The notes below the pieces were generated by a model. That model made no database searches and was not told the DNA's origin. It worked only from the letters and a program-made list of their open reading frames with translations. DNA of 61,461 nucleotides, filler included, from Bonamia ostreae (taxonomy: Eukaryota): the NCBI GenBank assembly GCA_040357525.1. It is 18 parts of 18 records of this genome, joined end to end, with 100 filler letters (N's around TTAATTAATTAA, not from the genome) between each part and the next. Parts side by side here need not be neighbours in the genome. Positions count along the whole stretch, not along the records: positions 47,959 to 51,262 come from JBDODL010000546.1; positions 51,363 to 54,664 come from JBDODL010000547.1; positions 54,765 to 58,064 come from JBDODL010000548.1; positions 58,165 to 61,461 come from JBDODL010000549.1; 14 more parts are not named here. The stretch is one strand, 5' to 3'. The position numbers and the translations under genes were made by a program. Below, piece after piece: positions 47,959 to 59,038 of the stretch (within the stretch, counting starts at the first letter, position 1; each line of letters opens with the position of its first letter).

Positions 47959-48717
47959 AAAAAATTAAATTCCCTTCGAAAACGTTGATGCCAAATATAA
48001 GTATTACGATATTAGTACTTTTTACATCCCAACATTTTGACCACAAATCGATCAAAAATTCTACAATTATTATTTTCGACACCCCCACCCCAGTTTTCTT
48101 GGATAAAATCGGTTTCGGCTGAAATATTCTTATTTCTTTCTCACTGCATTTAATCTCGACCGATTCTTCTTAAAATTAAAGTTACAAAAACAATAATTGG
48201 TATTTATAAATTTAACGATTTATAAAGAAAATTCCAATATTATCGTTTTCAGTAAAATTGTAGATCAATTTAACTGAAAACTTTTTTATTTTTCTCTTAA
48301 CACATTTTGTCACATCCCTTCCAATGCCTGTAACAATTATTTTTGGCAATGAAATGTTTATTTCAACATTTTTGGTTTCAATAATTTTGTATTTGTTGTA
48401 AATCTTAAAAATTATCGAGTAATGACCCGTTTTTGTAATGAAATAGCTCGATTTATAAACTGATTTAATTTTTTCCTTTTTATTAATATTATTGTTAAAG
48501 AAGCCATATAAGTTATTGTTTTAACTGTTTTTTAAAATAAATTTACGATTTTGCAACAAATTGAAGAGTCTATAGATTTGACAACAATTCTCAACCGTAA
48601 TTCTTTTATATTTTGTTTGAAAGCAATGTAAAAGACATATGGTCCAGAATGAATAAAATTATTTTTTAGACCAAATCCTCTGGCATTAAAATAATATCCT
48701 TCTACCAAATGAGCCAT
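47959..48717 (-). CDS. Hypothetical protein, multi-exon, 3'-partial
   Basis: ATG 48717 (MAHLVEGYYFNARGFG..) followed by further open segments; family not recognised. Confidence 0.4.
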
Positions 48718-49180
48718 TTCGTATTTCCAGATTTAACAATATAACAAAAAATAACTGTAAATGAAAGTACCTTGTTTTTTTCGACACAGTATTGTTGCTT
48801 CTATAAAAAATGCTAATTTTTTGACGAAAGCGCCAATTTAAATTTAAAAATTGAAGCGCAGATGCTGAAGTTTATCGTTTTAGTTCAAATTGAACAATGA
48901 TATCCATTTAATATTTTGTTTCCATTGAAAAAAGTTGATGTTATAAAATTGTTCGAATTAATTTTTTTAACAAAGTCAAGAGATAAGTTTGCATTCTCTT
49001 CTTTTAATAATTAATGAATAATTTAGATTTTGCTTTTTGGGCAACAATTTTAATAGATTTTCGTCAGTAATGTTCGCATGAACACTCTTTTCTGAAAGTT
49101 TTATTTTGAATTATCCATTATTAGTTTTAAAACAATTTATTTTTGGATACAAACTAAACAACAAAATTTTCAAACAAAAT

Positions 49181-50068
49181 TTACTCGAAAATAAAATTGT
49201 CGCCATTTTCTTTGAAATCATTAATTATATTATCGATCTTTGAAATCTTTCTAATCTGAAAAGTCGGAGCGTCATTTTCATCTGTTTCGGGCAATTGCGA
49301 AAAAAGCGGCAACGAAATCGATTCTGTCGTTTTCAAACAAATCGACAAAATTTTGCCAATTTTGCCATTTTCCAAAAAAGTTAAAACTTTTTTCGTGTTT
49401 TCTTTTATTTGCAATGTCTGAAAATCCGTTTTCGCCACTTTAATTTGGCTGATTATAATTTTGTTTAAACCAGCAACTCGAACCACTCAAATAAAGAAGA
49501 GTTGAATTTTTTGCGTTTTCTATTTTCTCAACTGCTTTTTCGCTACCAATTTTAATGGGCAACGGCATTCTTTTTTAAAAAGAAAAAACTTTTTCTGTTT
49601 AATAAAAGTGCTTCCGAGCAGTTTCGGAAGCCGGTTTAGAACTTTTCTATCGGCGAGAAACAGATTTGTTTCTCGCCTTAAATCTCTTTTTTGTTTCAGA
49701 GTGTAATAGTTTTCTTTCAAATTGTTTAAGCTTAAAATTTTTATTTTGCTGAATGCGGTACTTTTGACCTGTTTTTCAAGTTTTGGGGGATCGCCTGCGA
49801 TCACAGTTATTTTCAGTTTGTCCATTGATGTCAAAGGATGTTTAACCGGTCTTGGAAATGAGAACAGGAAAACATTGCGAATGGGTAAAATCTGCCTTTA
49901 TAATTGATTTTCTGTAGTTCGATTTGAACGTAAATGTAATCGATTTTAGTCTTTGTCGTTTCAAGGGACAACAAAGATTCGATCGCTTTTTCGAGCTGTT
50001 TTACGAATTACAAATATTACGGTGTCTTCGCTTATTTTGTTGACGATGCCTGTACCTGTATCGACCAT
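49181..50068 (-). CDS. RSL1D1: Ribosomal L1 domain-containing protein 1 (Cic1/Utp30-like)
   Basis: KILSLNNLKENY..QKRDL..LFLADRKVLNRLPKLLGSTF, ICLKTTESISLPLFSQLP. Confidence 0.85.
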
Positions 50069-50184
50069 TAATAATCTAAGCTTATACTGTATTTAGCCAA
50101 CAAAAGTTGCCAGAATTTTATCGATAATATTTAAAAAATTTGGTTTGTAGTGAAGATTAGCCCTTTCTGGAATAATCATAAAAA

Positions 50185-50924
50185 ATGGACGATGTTGAAA
50201 AGCTTAATGAAACCATGCGTTTTTTCGATTTCGCTTATACGAAACAATCTTCCTTTTCCGGAACAGTTTTAACTCGTTAAATTAAAGCTCTGTTTCGAAA
50301 TACGGACAAAAGATGATCAAATTTTAACAAGAACGGTCAGAATCAACGGACCGAAAAGAACAATAAACATTTACGAAGATCGCCCGAAGGACATTGAAAT
50401 AGACTGTTTTGCTAAATTTTAAAACAAGGTGATTTGGAATTGTCGCTCGAAACGTTTTTGGAACTTTATAGCGGAAAACACCCATTACCTTATTTGATTA
50501 ACGGAAGTGTCAGAATTGAAAATGTCTGGTCGAAAAGATCGGTTATTAGCGGATTCAGCAGATGCTTTAATTTCGAAAGCGAAAATTGGGACAAATGTTT
50601 TAATTTGATCAAAAAATAGTTTATCAACAAGAAAAAGCGCCGGAAATCAAATTGAAACAAGAAAGTCTAAATGCCAAAAATGACATGCGTCGAAACCCCA
50701 CAGATTCCCAAATTCCAAAAGATATCAACGAATCGACAACAAGTTATTCTGTTCTGTCGAATAGCTGTTTCAAAGAATTTTGGTCGGTTGAAGAACAAAG
50801 ACAGATTTTTATCAATCCGTTTTCAAAATCAAATTTAGATGTTTTCGAAAAAAAGAATTTAATATTTTCTCGAAACCTGCGATGTTACAAATTTGGCGTT
50901 CTCCAAGACCGAGCAAGATCTTAA
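50185..50924 (+). CDS. Hypothetical protein with possible SCP2 sterol-binding-like N-terminal domain
   Basis: Spliced FSGTLCFEI..TINIYED..DLELSLETFLELYSGK..LINGSVRIEN resembles the SCP2 pattern; 3' end uncertain. Confidence 0.5.
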
Positions 50925-50969
50925 AAGCGATTTCTTCTTTTTTTGGGAACAAAAAATTTTGACTTTTTA

Positions 50970-51215
50970 TTATAAATCGCCATTTTTAATCGCCATTTTT
51001 TAATGTATATTTTTTTAATCGCCATTTTTAATCTCCATTTTTTAATGTATATTTTTTTAACCGGCATTTTTAATCGTCATTTTTTTAATCTCTATTTTTT
51101 AATGTATATTTTTTTAATCGCCATTTTATAATCAACAATCGTCATTTTTAATCTCCATTTCTTAATCGCCATTTTTAATCGTCATTTTTTTAATCAACAA
51201 TCGTCATTTTTTAAT
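50970..51215. repeat. Degenerate short tandem repeat (aatcgccattttt) near contig end
   Basis: Directly visible ~14-nt units. Confidence 0.85.
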
Positions 51216-51464
51216 CACAATTTATTCGTTTAATAAAAACCCAAAACGAAAATGGATTTCTTNNNNNNNNNNNNNNNNNNNNNNNNNNNNNNNNNNNNNN
51301 NNNNNNTTAATTAATTAANNNNNNNNNNNNNNNNNNNNNNNNNNNNNNNNNNNNNNNNNNNNTTATCAATTTAAACTAATTTAAAATAACAGCGTTATTT
51401 CGCTAAAAGAAGACGCCAATGAAGCTTACACAAAAGCCAAAAAATGGACATAATAAATGTGACT

Positions 51465-52649
51465 TTATTTAATATTCAGAAAACAACGTTTTATATTTTT
51501 CGATGCTACAACAATACAATAATGTCTATGAATAAGCTGCAATTCTTCAATTTCGTCTAAAAGTTCCAATTCTTGCATTTTTGCAATTTCGTTTCGGTCC
51601 ATTATTTCTTCAAAAATTTGGTTCATATCTTTTGCTTCTGCTTTATCGAACCCCAAATTTTTAAATCTTTCTTCTTGCGATTTCAAGTTTGGATATTGCT
51701 CAAATGATTTTAAAAATAAATTTCTCGCCTAAATTTAACAAATTGTTGACATTTTGGGAAATTTTAAATTTAATTTTTTCAAATTTAATGTTTAGCCAAA
51801 ACAGCGAGATTTTTGATCATCATATCTGAGAAGCAATCGCCTGGATGAATTTGCTCATAATTTACAAAAACGATTTCGTCCGAAAACGATTTTGTCGTCC
51901 ATTCTATTAAGTTCTTTTAGAAATGGCAAATTGAAAAAATTGCAAAAATTACATTTGAAGACTCGGAATCCATATAAATCAAAACACATTCGGCTATAAA
52001 AATTGTCGGTGCACTTAATTTTGCAATTTAAAACGAATAAGAAATTTTATGCTCTGAAAAAGCTTTTTTAATTGTTTCGATATTGCTCAAATCGCATGAC
52101 ATCAAATTGTAATCATCGCTTTTGATGCCATTTTTAATTTTAAAATTTTTTAAATGAGAAAATAGTTTTTTCTCGTTTTTTATTATTTCTGATTTAGCTG
52201 ATACTATTGATTTGTAATCCAACTCGATATCTTTAAAAATAACGCTAACCCATATAAATTTTAAGCTTTTATTTTAAGCTTCGACGAAAAATTGTTATAC
52301 GTAAAAAAGTAAACAGTTTGAAAATATAATGTTGTGATGATGTTTGAGTCTAAAAAAAGTGGTGTCGAATCCACAGCCCAACGAAACGACTTGTTTTGGG
52401 CGATCTTCAAAATTTTGACAAAATTTTATTAAAATGTTTTCGACCGCCTTCACTCGGCAATAATAGCCTCTGTTTATTACAGGCGATCTTTTTTGGTATC
52501 CTTTTGTAAAATGTCGCAGAAAATCGTCGCGGTAATATCCAGTTTCAACGCACGACCTTTTCATGCAAAAAATTTAACTGTTTGGCTTCTAAGGCATCGT
52601 TAGCTGTATTTTTTATCGCTTCCAGTAATTTTCTTGAATTTTCCTCCAT
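51465..52649 (-). CDS. LCMT1: Leucine carboxyl methyltransferase 1
   Basis: TANDA, SPVINRGYYCRV, QVVSLGCGFDTTFFRL, PTIFIAECVLIYM, NYEQIHP, LELLDEIEELQLIHRHYC. Confidence 0.96.
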
Positions 52650-52843
52650 TTCTTTGGAAATCTTAGTTGCTTTTTATATAATTTGATTTGTGTTGAGCTT
52701 AAATTTTTCAATCGATTTAAGATTTGGTAACGATTTTATAAAATCTCTTTTCTGCTCTGTTTCGAAGGTTTTATCCGTCTAAAGATAAATTTAATTTTGA
52801 AATTTTTACATAACAATCCATTTTTTAAATTTGTTTAATTTGT

Positions 52844-54352
52844 TTAATTTTTTAAATTTGAATATTGTGAACAAAGATTGTAAACATAGAATATGTAGAT
52901 CAACAAAATATAATTATATTCATTATATTCAGAAGCATACTTAAAACAAGAGAGAGTTTTGATATCAAATGGTAACATCAAATATCCATCGTTGTAATTT
53001 AATTCAGCCAACCATTGATTGAACAAACAAGTCATTTTTATATATTTTCTCATTTCTTCGCCCACAAACGAATTTGTGCACCAGACAAAGCATTCTGTTA
53101 ATTCCAAATCTTCATTGTATTTGCATTTCATATTCAGATTTTCGTCGTATTCGGGAAGAGCGCATAGTTCTGGAACGACTTCATGTGAAAAATCAGAGAT
53201 GCTCAATTCTTTTCAACATCTTTATAAAAACCGTCAAACCGTCTACATTTTATCAAATTCGTCAAAATAGTTGTGTTGTGCGTGTACCAGCGTCCTCTGA
53301 AACAATACAAACTCATATCTTCTATTTCATAATCGACGATATTATCGAATGCGCACATCACATCACATCCTTCGCCATCATTCGATTCTTTCTTGTCACA
53401 GTCCCCGATAACAATATATTCTCCCGTTAAATGAATGACGGGGCACTTTTCTTGATTATTTGCGATCGGAAAACATTCGGGAAGACTCCATTTTTCGTCT
53501 TTGCAGACGATGTAACCGACTTTGATGTTTTGAAAACGCGTTGCCACTTTCTCGCTGAGGAGAGCGTAACCAACTCTGCAGTAATAGAAGCAAATGCCAT
53601 TACAGAAGACATAAACGACGTTGTTCGTAGTTGCGTCTGGAATTGTGTCGATACAGTCGTTTTGTATTGGTAACAATAATTGACTGTAACGACTGACTGA
53701 TTTCGAGTCGCACAATTGTGTTATTTGTTGAAAAAGGGTTTTAAAAGATTTTTCTGATCTTTTCTTGTACTTTAGAACCCAATCGCCATTGTTACACTGT
53801 AAACGGAAAATGGTGTTTGTTTGCTCGCATCTTGGTTCGCAGACAAAGTTATTTGGAAGTTTTAAATTTGAATAGCAGTTTTTTGTGTTTTTTGCGCCAT
53901 TTAGGTCAAATTTTGAATTTATTGGTTGACAAAAATCTATTTTTACATTTTTAAGCAACAATAAAATCGACAATATTGTATTATTTTGAAAAGCGCATTA
54001 TTTATTTGTGTCGATACGTTTTAGAAGTGAGTTTGTATTGTCATAAAAACTTTCGCAAGTCGGCTCAAAATCGAGTACTTTTGAAATTGTCTCGCGATAT
54101 CCAAAATATCTAATTTGACCAACAAATTTGTCACAATAAACAGAAATCATAGGACTGACCAAAGTTTTTTTTCGTTAAATATACCATTATTGGCACAAAA
54201 CAAAAAGCACGGAATTTCCCCATTTATGTCACAACTTTTGTTCGTTTTAATCATTTCATAATCGGTATCACAAAATTTTTTAACGGGTATATTATTATCT
54301 TTTTTCACTTTTGTTTCTAACAAATTTGTGTATTCATTGAACGAGTTATCAG
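52844..54352 (-). CDS. Cys-rich Sushi/CCP-like multi-module protein, 5'-partial
   Basis: Modules such as CEPRC..LQCNNGDW, CFYYCRVGY..IVCKDEKWSLPEC, CDVMC..LYCFRGRW, CFVWC..MTCLFNQW; frames joined by short introns. Confidence 0.75.
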
Positions 54353-54447
54353 CTTTTTATAAAAAATGCTTTACTTTGATTTATTAACACTATTTGTTGA
54401 TATCTTTTGTTGCTGTGATTTATTAAGTACAGTTGATATTTTTGTTA

Positions 54448-54663
54448 CTGTGATTTATTAAGTACATAACAATTAACAATATTTGTTGATATCTTTTGTT
54501 GCTGTGATTTATTAAGTACATAACAATTAACAATATTTGTTGATATCTTTTGTTGCTGTGATTTATTAAGTACATAACAATTAACAATATTTGTTGATAT
54601 CTTTTGTTGCTGTGATTTATTAAGTACATAACAATTAACAATATTTGTTGATATCTTTTGTTG
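54448..54663. repeat. Four perfect 54-nt tandem copies (degenerate copies extend to ~54381); array runs off the contig
   Basis: Unit ctgtgatttattaagtacataacaattaacaatatttgttgatatcttttgttg at 54448, 54502, 54556 and 54610. Confidence 0.97.
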
Positions 54664-54764
54664 CNNNNNNNNNNNNNNNNNNNNNNNNNNNNNNNNNNNN
54701 NNNNNNNNTTAATTAATTAANNNNNNNNNNNNNNNNNNNNNNNNNNNNNNNNNNNNNNNNNNNN

Positions 54765-57700
54765 GCTCACCGCTAAACCCAGAGTCGTGTATAAAAGACT
54801 GCCAATTGTGAAGTATATCGGAGATATTTCGAAAGTAATCAATTTGTTTTCTTTCTAGCATATTCAAATATATCTATGAATGTTGATGAAAAATATTTAG
54901 TGTCGATACTTCCTCAAGTTTCTGGTTACTAAATAAAACACCCCAGAACCATTCTTTGTTTTCCTTTCGTAACCGTTTGCCCTACTCTCAATTTTGTATT
55001 CTTTATATGGTGTATGAGATTGATTAAGTATTTGTTATATAAATGTATATTCACTTTTCATGTTAAAAAAGATATTGCACAATTATTTACACCAATGGTT
55101 ATATATCTATATATATATATTCATTCAAAATTACACAGTGATTACAATTGAATGGGATTGATTAGCTATTCCTAAAGAAAACCCACCAAGTATCAAGTTT
55201 GCTAGGTAAAGAAATAAGAAGGTGACGGAGTTGACCCGTTGCCGAATCGACTACTATTCATATGATGGCTTCCGGGGAATATGTCTACATGTAGGCTAGG
55301 TAGGTAAAAAGATATTTTTGTTAGTCGCAATTTGGTATTGCGAAGTGATGCATATGAAGATTTGATTTCTCTGAAAGAAATAGATGTCCAAAGTTTGCAA
55401 AGTAAATCTACAATGAATATGAATATATTCTACTTTCGGTTTCAAATACAGTCTGAATTTACAACCTTGACTCCATTATTCAAGGTATCAATATCTACTT
55501 TGTTTGCATTATGAGATTGTAGCATTGGAAGCTTATCATTAGTTTGAAAGTTTAAAAATCTGCCCTTCGTCTTCTTTTCAAATATTTCAAACATTCGATC
55601 TTGTATCAAAAAGAAAAGCAAAATAGATTAGCTCCCTTGCTACTTCACAAGGTAATGCATGTAAGAAGGCTAAACTTCAGCGGTCTTAAATCCTGTTCAT
55701 AGTCTGATCTGCAAATCTAAAAAATGGACAGGCTGAATTTCGAGAAGCTTGAACTCGATGAAAAGGAAATAAAAGAATGACCCAAAAGTGAAAATATTTA
55801 TTTCTTTTCTATAAATGTCTTATTAACATTCATTTACGTGTACACTGTCAAATACAAAAAGAAAAACATTCAGATCAAGGTTTTATTAGTATTTAATTTC
55901 TCCAAGAATATATATAATTTTTGTGTAAGGACAAATTGGGGTCCAGAATACGAACCTTTTATGGTGAGTTTTGTTTTACCCTTTTTCATCTGAAATATGA
56001 ATTTGGTTATTGTTAGCAGATCTGACAAGATAATTCAATTTGATACACAGACTGTCGTATTGGGATAAGATTAGTATGATGAATTTAAGAATACCCTTCG
56101 ATAAGGATAATTTCGTTTTCAACAAATCAGGAAAATATTTATTATTACATGTAGTTTTGAAGTCATTTTGAAGGAGCTTTATAATTATCATGCGTTTGAA
56201 AACTGTGCAGTTGCATCTTTAAACGAAGTTAAATATAACAACATTACAGGCAGACTTTTTTAATAATAGAAAAGTCTTAAGCATATGTCATGTGGAATTT
56301 TAAAATAAACTGAATGAATTAAATACTTGATAGAAAATTTGTTTTGCTTTGAGGGATATTTATTCGGACAAGTGATTGATTACATTAATAGACCTATCAC
56401 ATACCTGCAATTAGTATTACAATATCTGAGAAACTTACGATTAATGGACACCAATTGAGAAAGGACATTTAATCCTGAAAAAAGCAAAAGAGATAACGCT
56501 AGCAAAATCTACAAAAAAATAATTAAAGAAAAAACAACAGTACTATGAAATACCTTTTTTACTGTGTACAAAAGTCTAGGTATAGTGCACAGGTACTATC
56601 AATAATATATTGCCGACAGAGATGAGGGCAAAGACAAATTGGAAATGCATAGGCAATATAATCATGAGGANNNNNNNNNNTATTGGACCTGAAATAAAGT
56701 ATTCTCAACCAAACCGAATGTTTGTCGTTTCATTTTGCGCGGAATATCTGATTTAGTTATATTAAAGTAAACAAGTAAACACAGAATAACATTATCTTGA
56801 AAATGGCAATTTGGCAATTAACAAAGAAAGCATATCATTCAAAATAAGGTATATGTAATTTCCTTCCATAAAACAAGAAATGACAAAATGAAACATTTTA
56901 CTTTGGAATTTTACTGATAAATCGAAGATATAGATAAATGACAGAAGAGGAAATTAAGTCTTCTTAACAAATTACTCTAAATATGTCAGTTTCATGGACA
57001 TGAGTGGCACTAACATATTTTCGCGGATTTCAAAGAATAACATATCAAAAGGGAACACAGACTGATTGAAAAAATAGATAAAAATAAGATATGTATGCAG
57101 GAATGTGACACATGTACCTGTTTTCAATAGAACATTAGTATTAAGGGTTGCATTGAAATTTCCAGTAAGTATCTTTAACTGAACGAGGTTAACTTCTACA
57201 GCACGTTTGATAAACTATGGGTGTCTAGTTGTTATTTTCGCAATCATGTCAATGGTCCAACCCTAGGGAAGTTTATTCATAGATTTTTATCAATTTCTAT
57301 CAAGCTGCATTCGCGATCTAATCATATGAACCATGTGATTATATCATACCAAAGAACATATCATCTGCCACCTTGTTAGGATACAATTTAGTTTTGAAAG
57401 CTTAAAGGGTTATGGACACGATTTTCGATCAACTGGAATTGACAGTTTATCTTTTATAGAAATAAATATCTTTTCTAAATAAGTGGATTAAAATAGGTTA
57501 CACATGATATACTGGTTTGTCAACCGTTTGTCATAGCCAGAAAGCCACATACGGAGATGAGAACACCAATATTTTTTAAAAAGACATACTATGTAACCTG
57601 GCCTGGCTCCATTGGCCAGGATTGGTCTCAAAATTGGCCCGTCCGCAATTTAATTGTCTAATTTGTCTCCATACCAATTTTGGTCTCTTCTCTAAAATTG

Positions 57701-58064
57701 ACCTGGCGTCAAATTTGGCCTATGATTTTTTTTGTCCTCAACCAAAAATATTTTTTTTCATTCAGAATTGATTGATTTAATTGATTTACTATTGGTTTTA
57801 GTTGATAAAACTCATGGCAGATAGATGGTGTTTCTGTTGTTTTGTTAATATGCACATTAAAATATTTATTAACTACCATCGATCTAATTGATTTTATTGA
57901 ATATCTAACGACCACTTTATTGATAAAATGAATTTATTTTCCATTCCCAACTTATTTCACTGTACATACCAAAAACGTATACACTATTAATGAAATGATG
58001 GGCGTATTGATGTTTTTTCTCGAATTCTGATTGATTTCATTGATTTAATATTGGTTTTAGTTTT
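54765..58064. other. Gene-poor contig, probably animal host DNA
   Basis: No credible CDS in 3.3 kb, (TA)n run, internal 10-N scaffold gap, different word usage, isolated exon-like segment with a GTGAGT donor at 55964. Confidence 0.6.
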
Positions 58065-58164
58065 NNNNNNNNNNNNNNNNNNNNNNNNNNNNNNNNNNNN
58101 NNNNNNNNTTAATTAATTAANNNNNNNNNNNNNNNNNNNNNNNNNNNNNNNNNNNNNNNNNNNN

Positions 58165-58310
58165 TTAACAACAAAATTATTTCTTCTTATAACAACAAAA
58201 TTATTTCTTTTTTAATCAACAAAATTTTTCTTCTTTTAACAACAAAATTATTTCTTTTTTAATCAACAAATTTTTTTTTCTTTTAACAACAAAATTTTTT
58301 TCTTCTTATA
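58165..58310. repeat. ~25-nt degenerate repeat (ttaacaacaaaattatttcttc) in SAMHD1-like intron, at contig start
   Basis: Directly visible. Confidence 0.85.
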
Positions 58311-58354
58311 AATAAATTTGTTTCTGAACAATTTAAGTTTAACCTAAAATTACA

Positions 58355-58834
58355 AATTCCGGGTTTTACAATGGACTGAATCTTTTTAACATCATCGCCA
58401 TTAAAATCTAGTCCCTTCTCGTCGATGATTTTTTCTACGATTTGACATGAACGCTCTTCATGGTTCCATTGTTTACTGCCAATACGATTGCAAATAAAAT
58501 CATCGAATGCGTGGCTAAACGGGCCATGGCCGATATCGTGGCACAAAGCCGCTATCTCAACGATTTCCTTGTCTCTTTTGCGCAATTTCTCTTCGCTTAA
58601 ATGCGGTTCGGATTGGCTAAGATGGCTCAAATACACATTGCTTAGATGGGCTGTGCCGATTCCATGACTAAATCTGCTATGCGTGGCACCCGGAAAGACA
58701 TAGCTGACACAGCCCAATTGGCTTATTCCCCTTAATCTTTGGTAATAAGGCGAATCTACGAATTGCATGAGATGGTTATCTAGTTCTATTTGGCCATGTA
58801 CACTGTCATTAATGATTCTAGGAAAATGAATCAT
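58355..58834 (-). CDS. SAMHD1: SAMHD1-like HD-domain dNTP triphosphohydrolase, first exon (3'-partial)
   Basis: INDSVHGQIEL, YQRLRGISQLG, VFPGATHSRFSHGIG, AALCHDIGHGPFSHAFD, WNHEERS. Confidence 0.93.
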
Positions 58835-59038
58835 TTTAAGCTTCGGCTTACTTTTTCAACGAATTTACTTATATTGGGTTTTTGTAGATTTTGCGATTTT
58901 GAGTCGACAAACAATTTAGTTTTTGTAGATTTTGCACAAATCCACTAAACTTAAAAAAATCAAGAACGCCATTAGTGAATAAATATTCTTAAGTTTTTAT
59001 AATATAATAGTTTTGTATTGGAAATCCGATAAGCTCGA

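Noticed and set aside
54165-54172. Slippery A8 frameshift in the CCP-like gene
   Set aside because: A canonical 47-nt GTTT..CAG intron (54155-54201) restores the frame without recoding; a homopolymer error is also possible.
54381-54664. CRISPR array, or the 72-aa repeat ORF at 54423-54641
   Set aside because: Units are head-to-tail identical with no unique spacers and no cas genes, in a eukaryotic context; the ORF is a by-product of a unit length divisible by 3.
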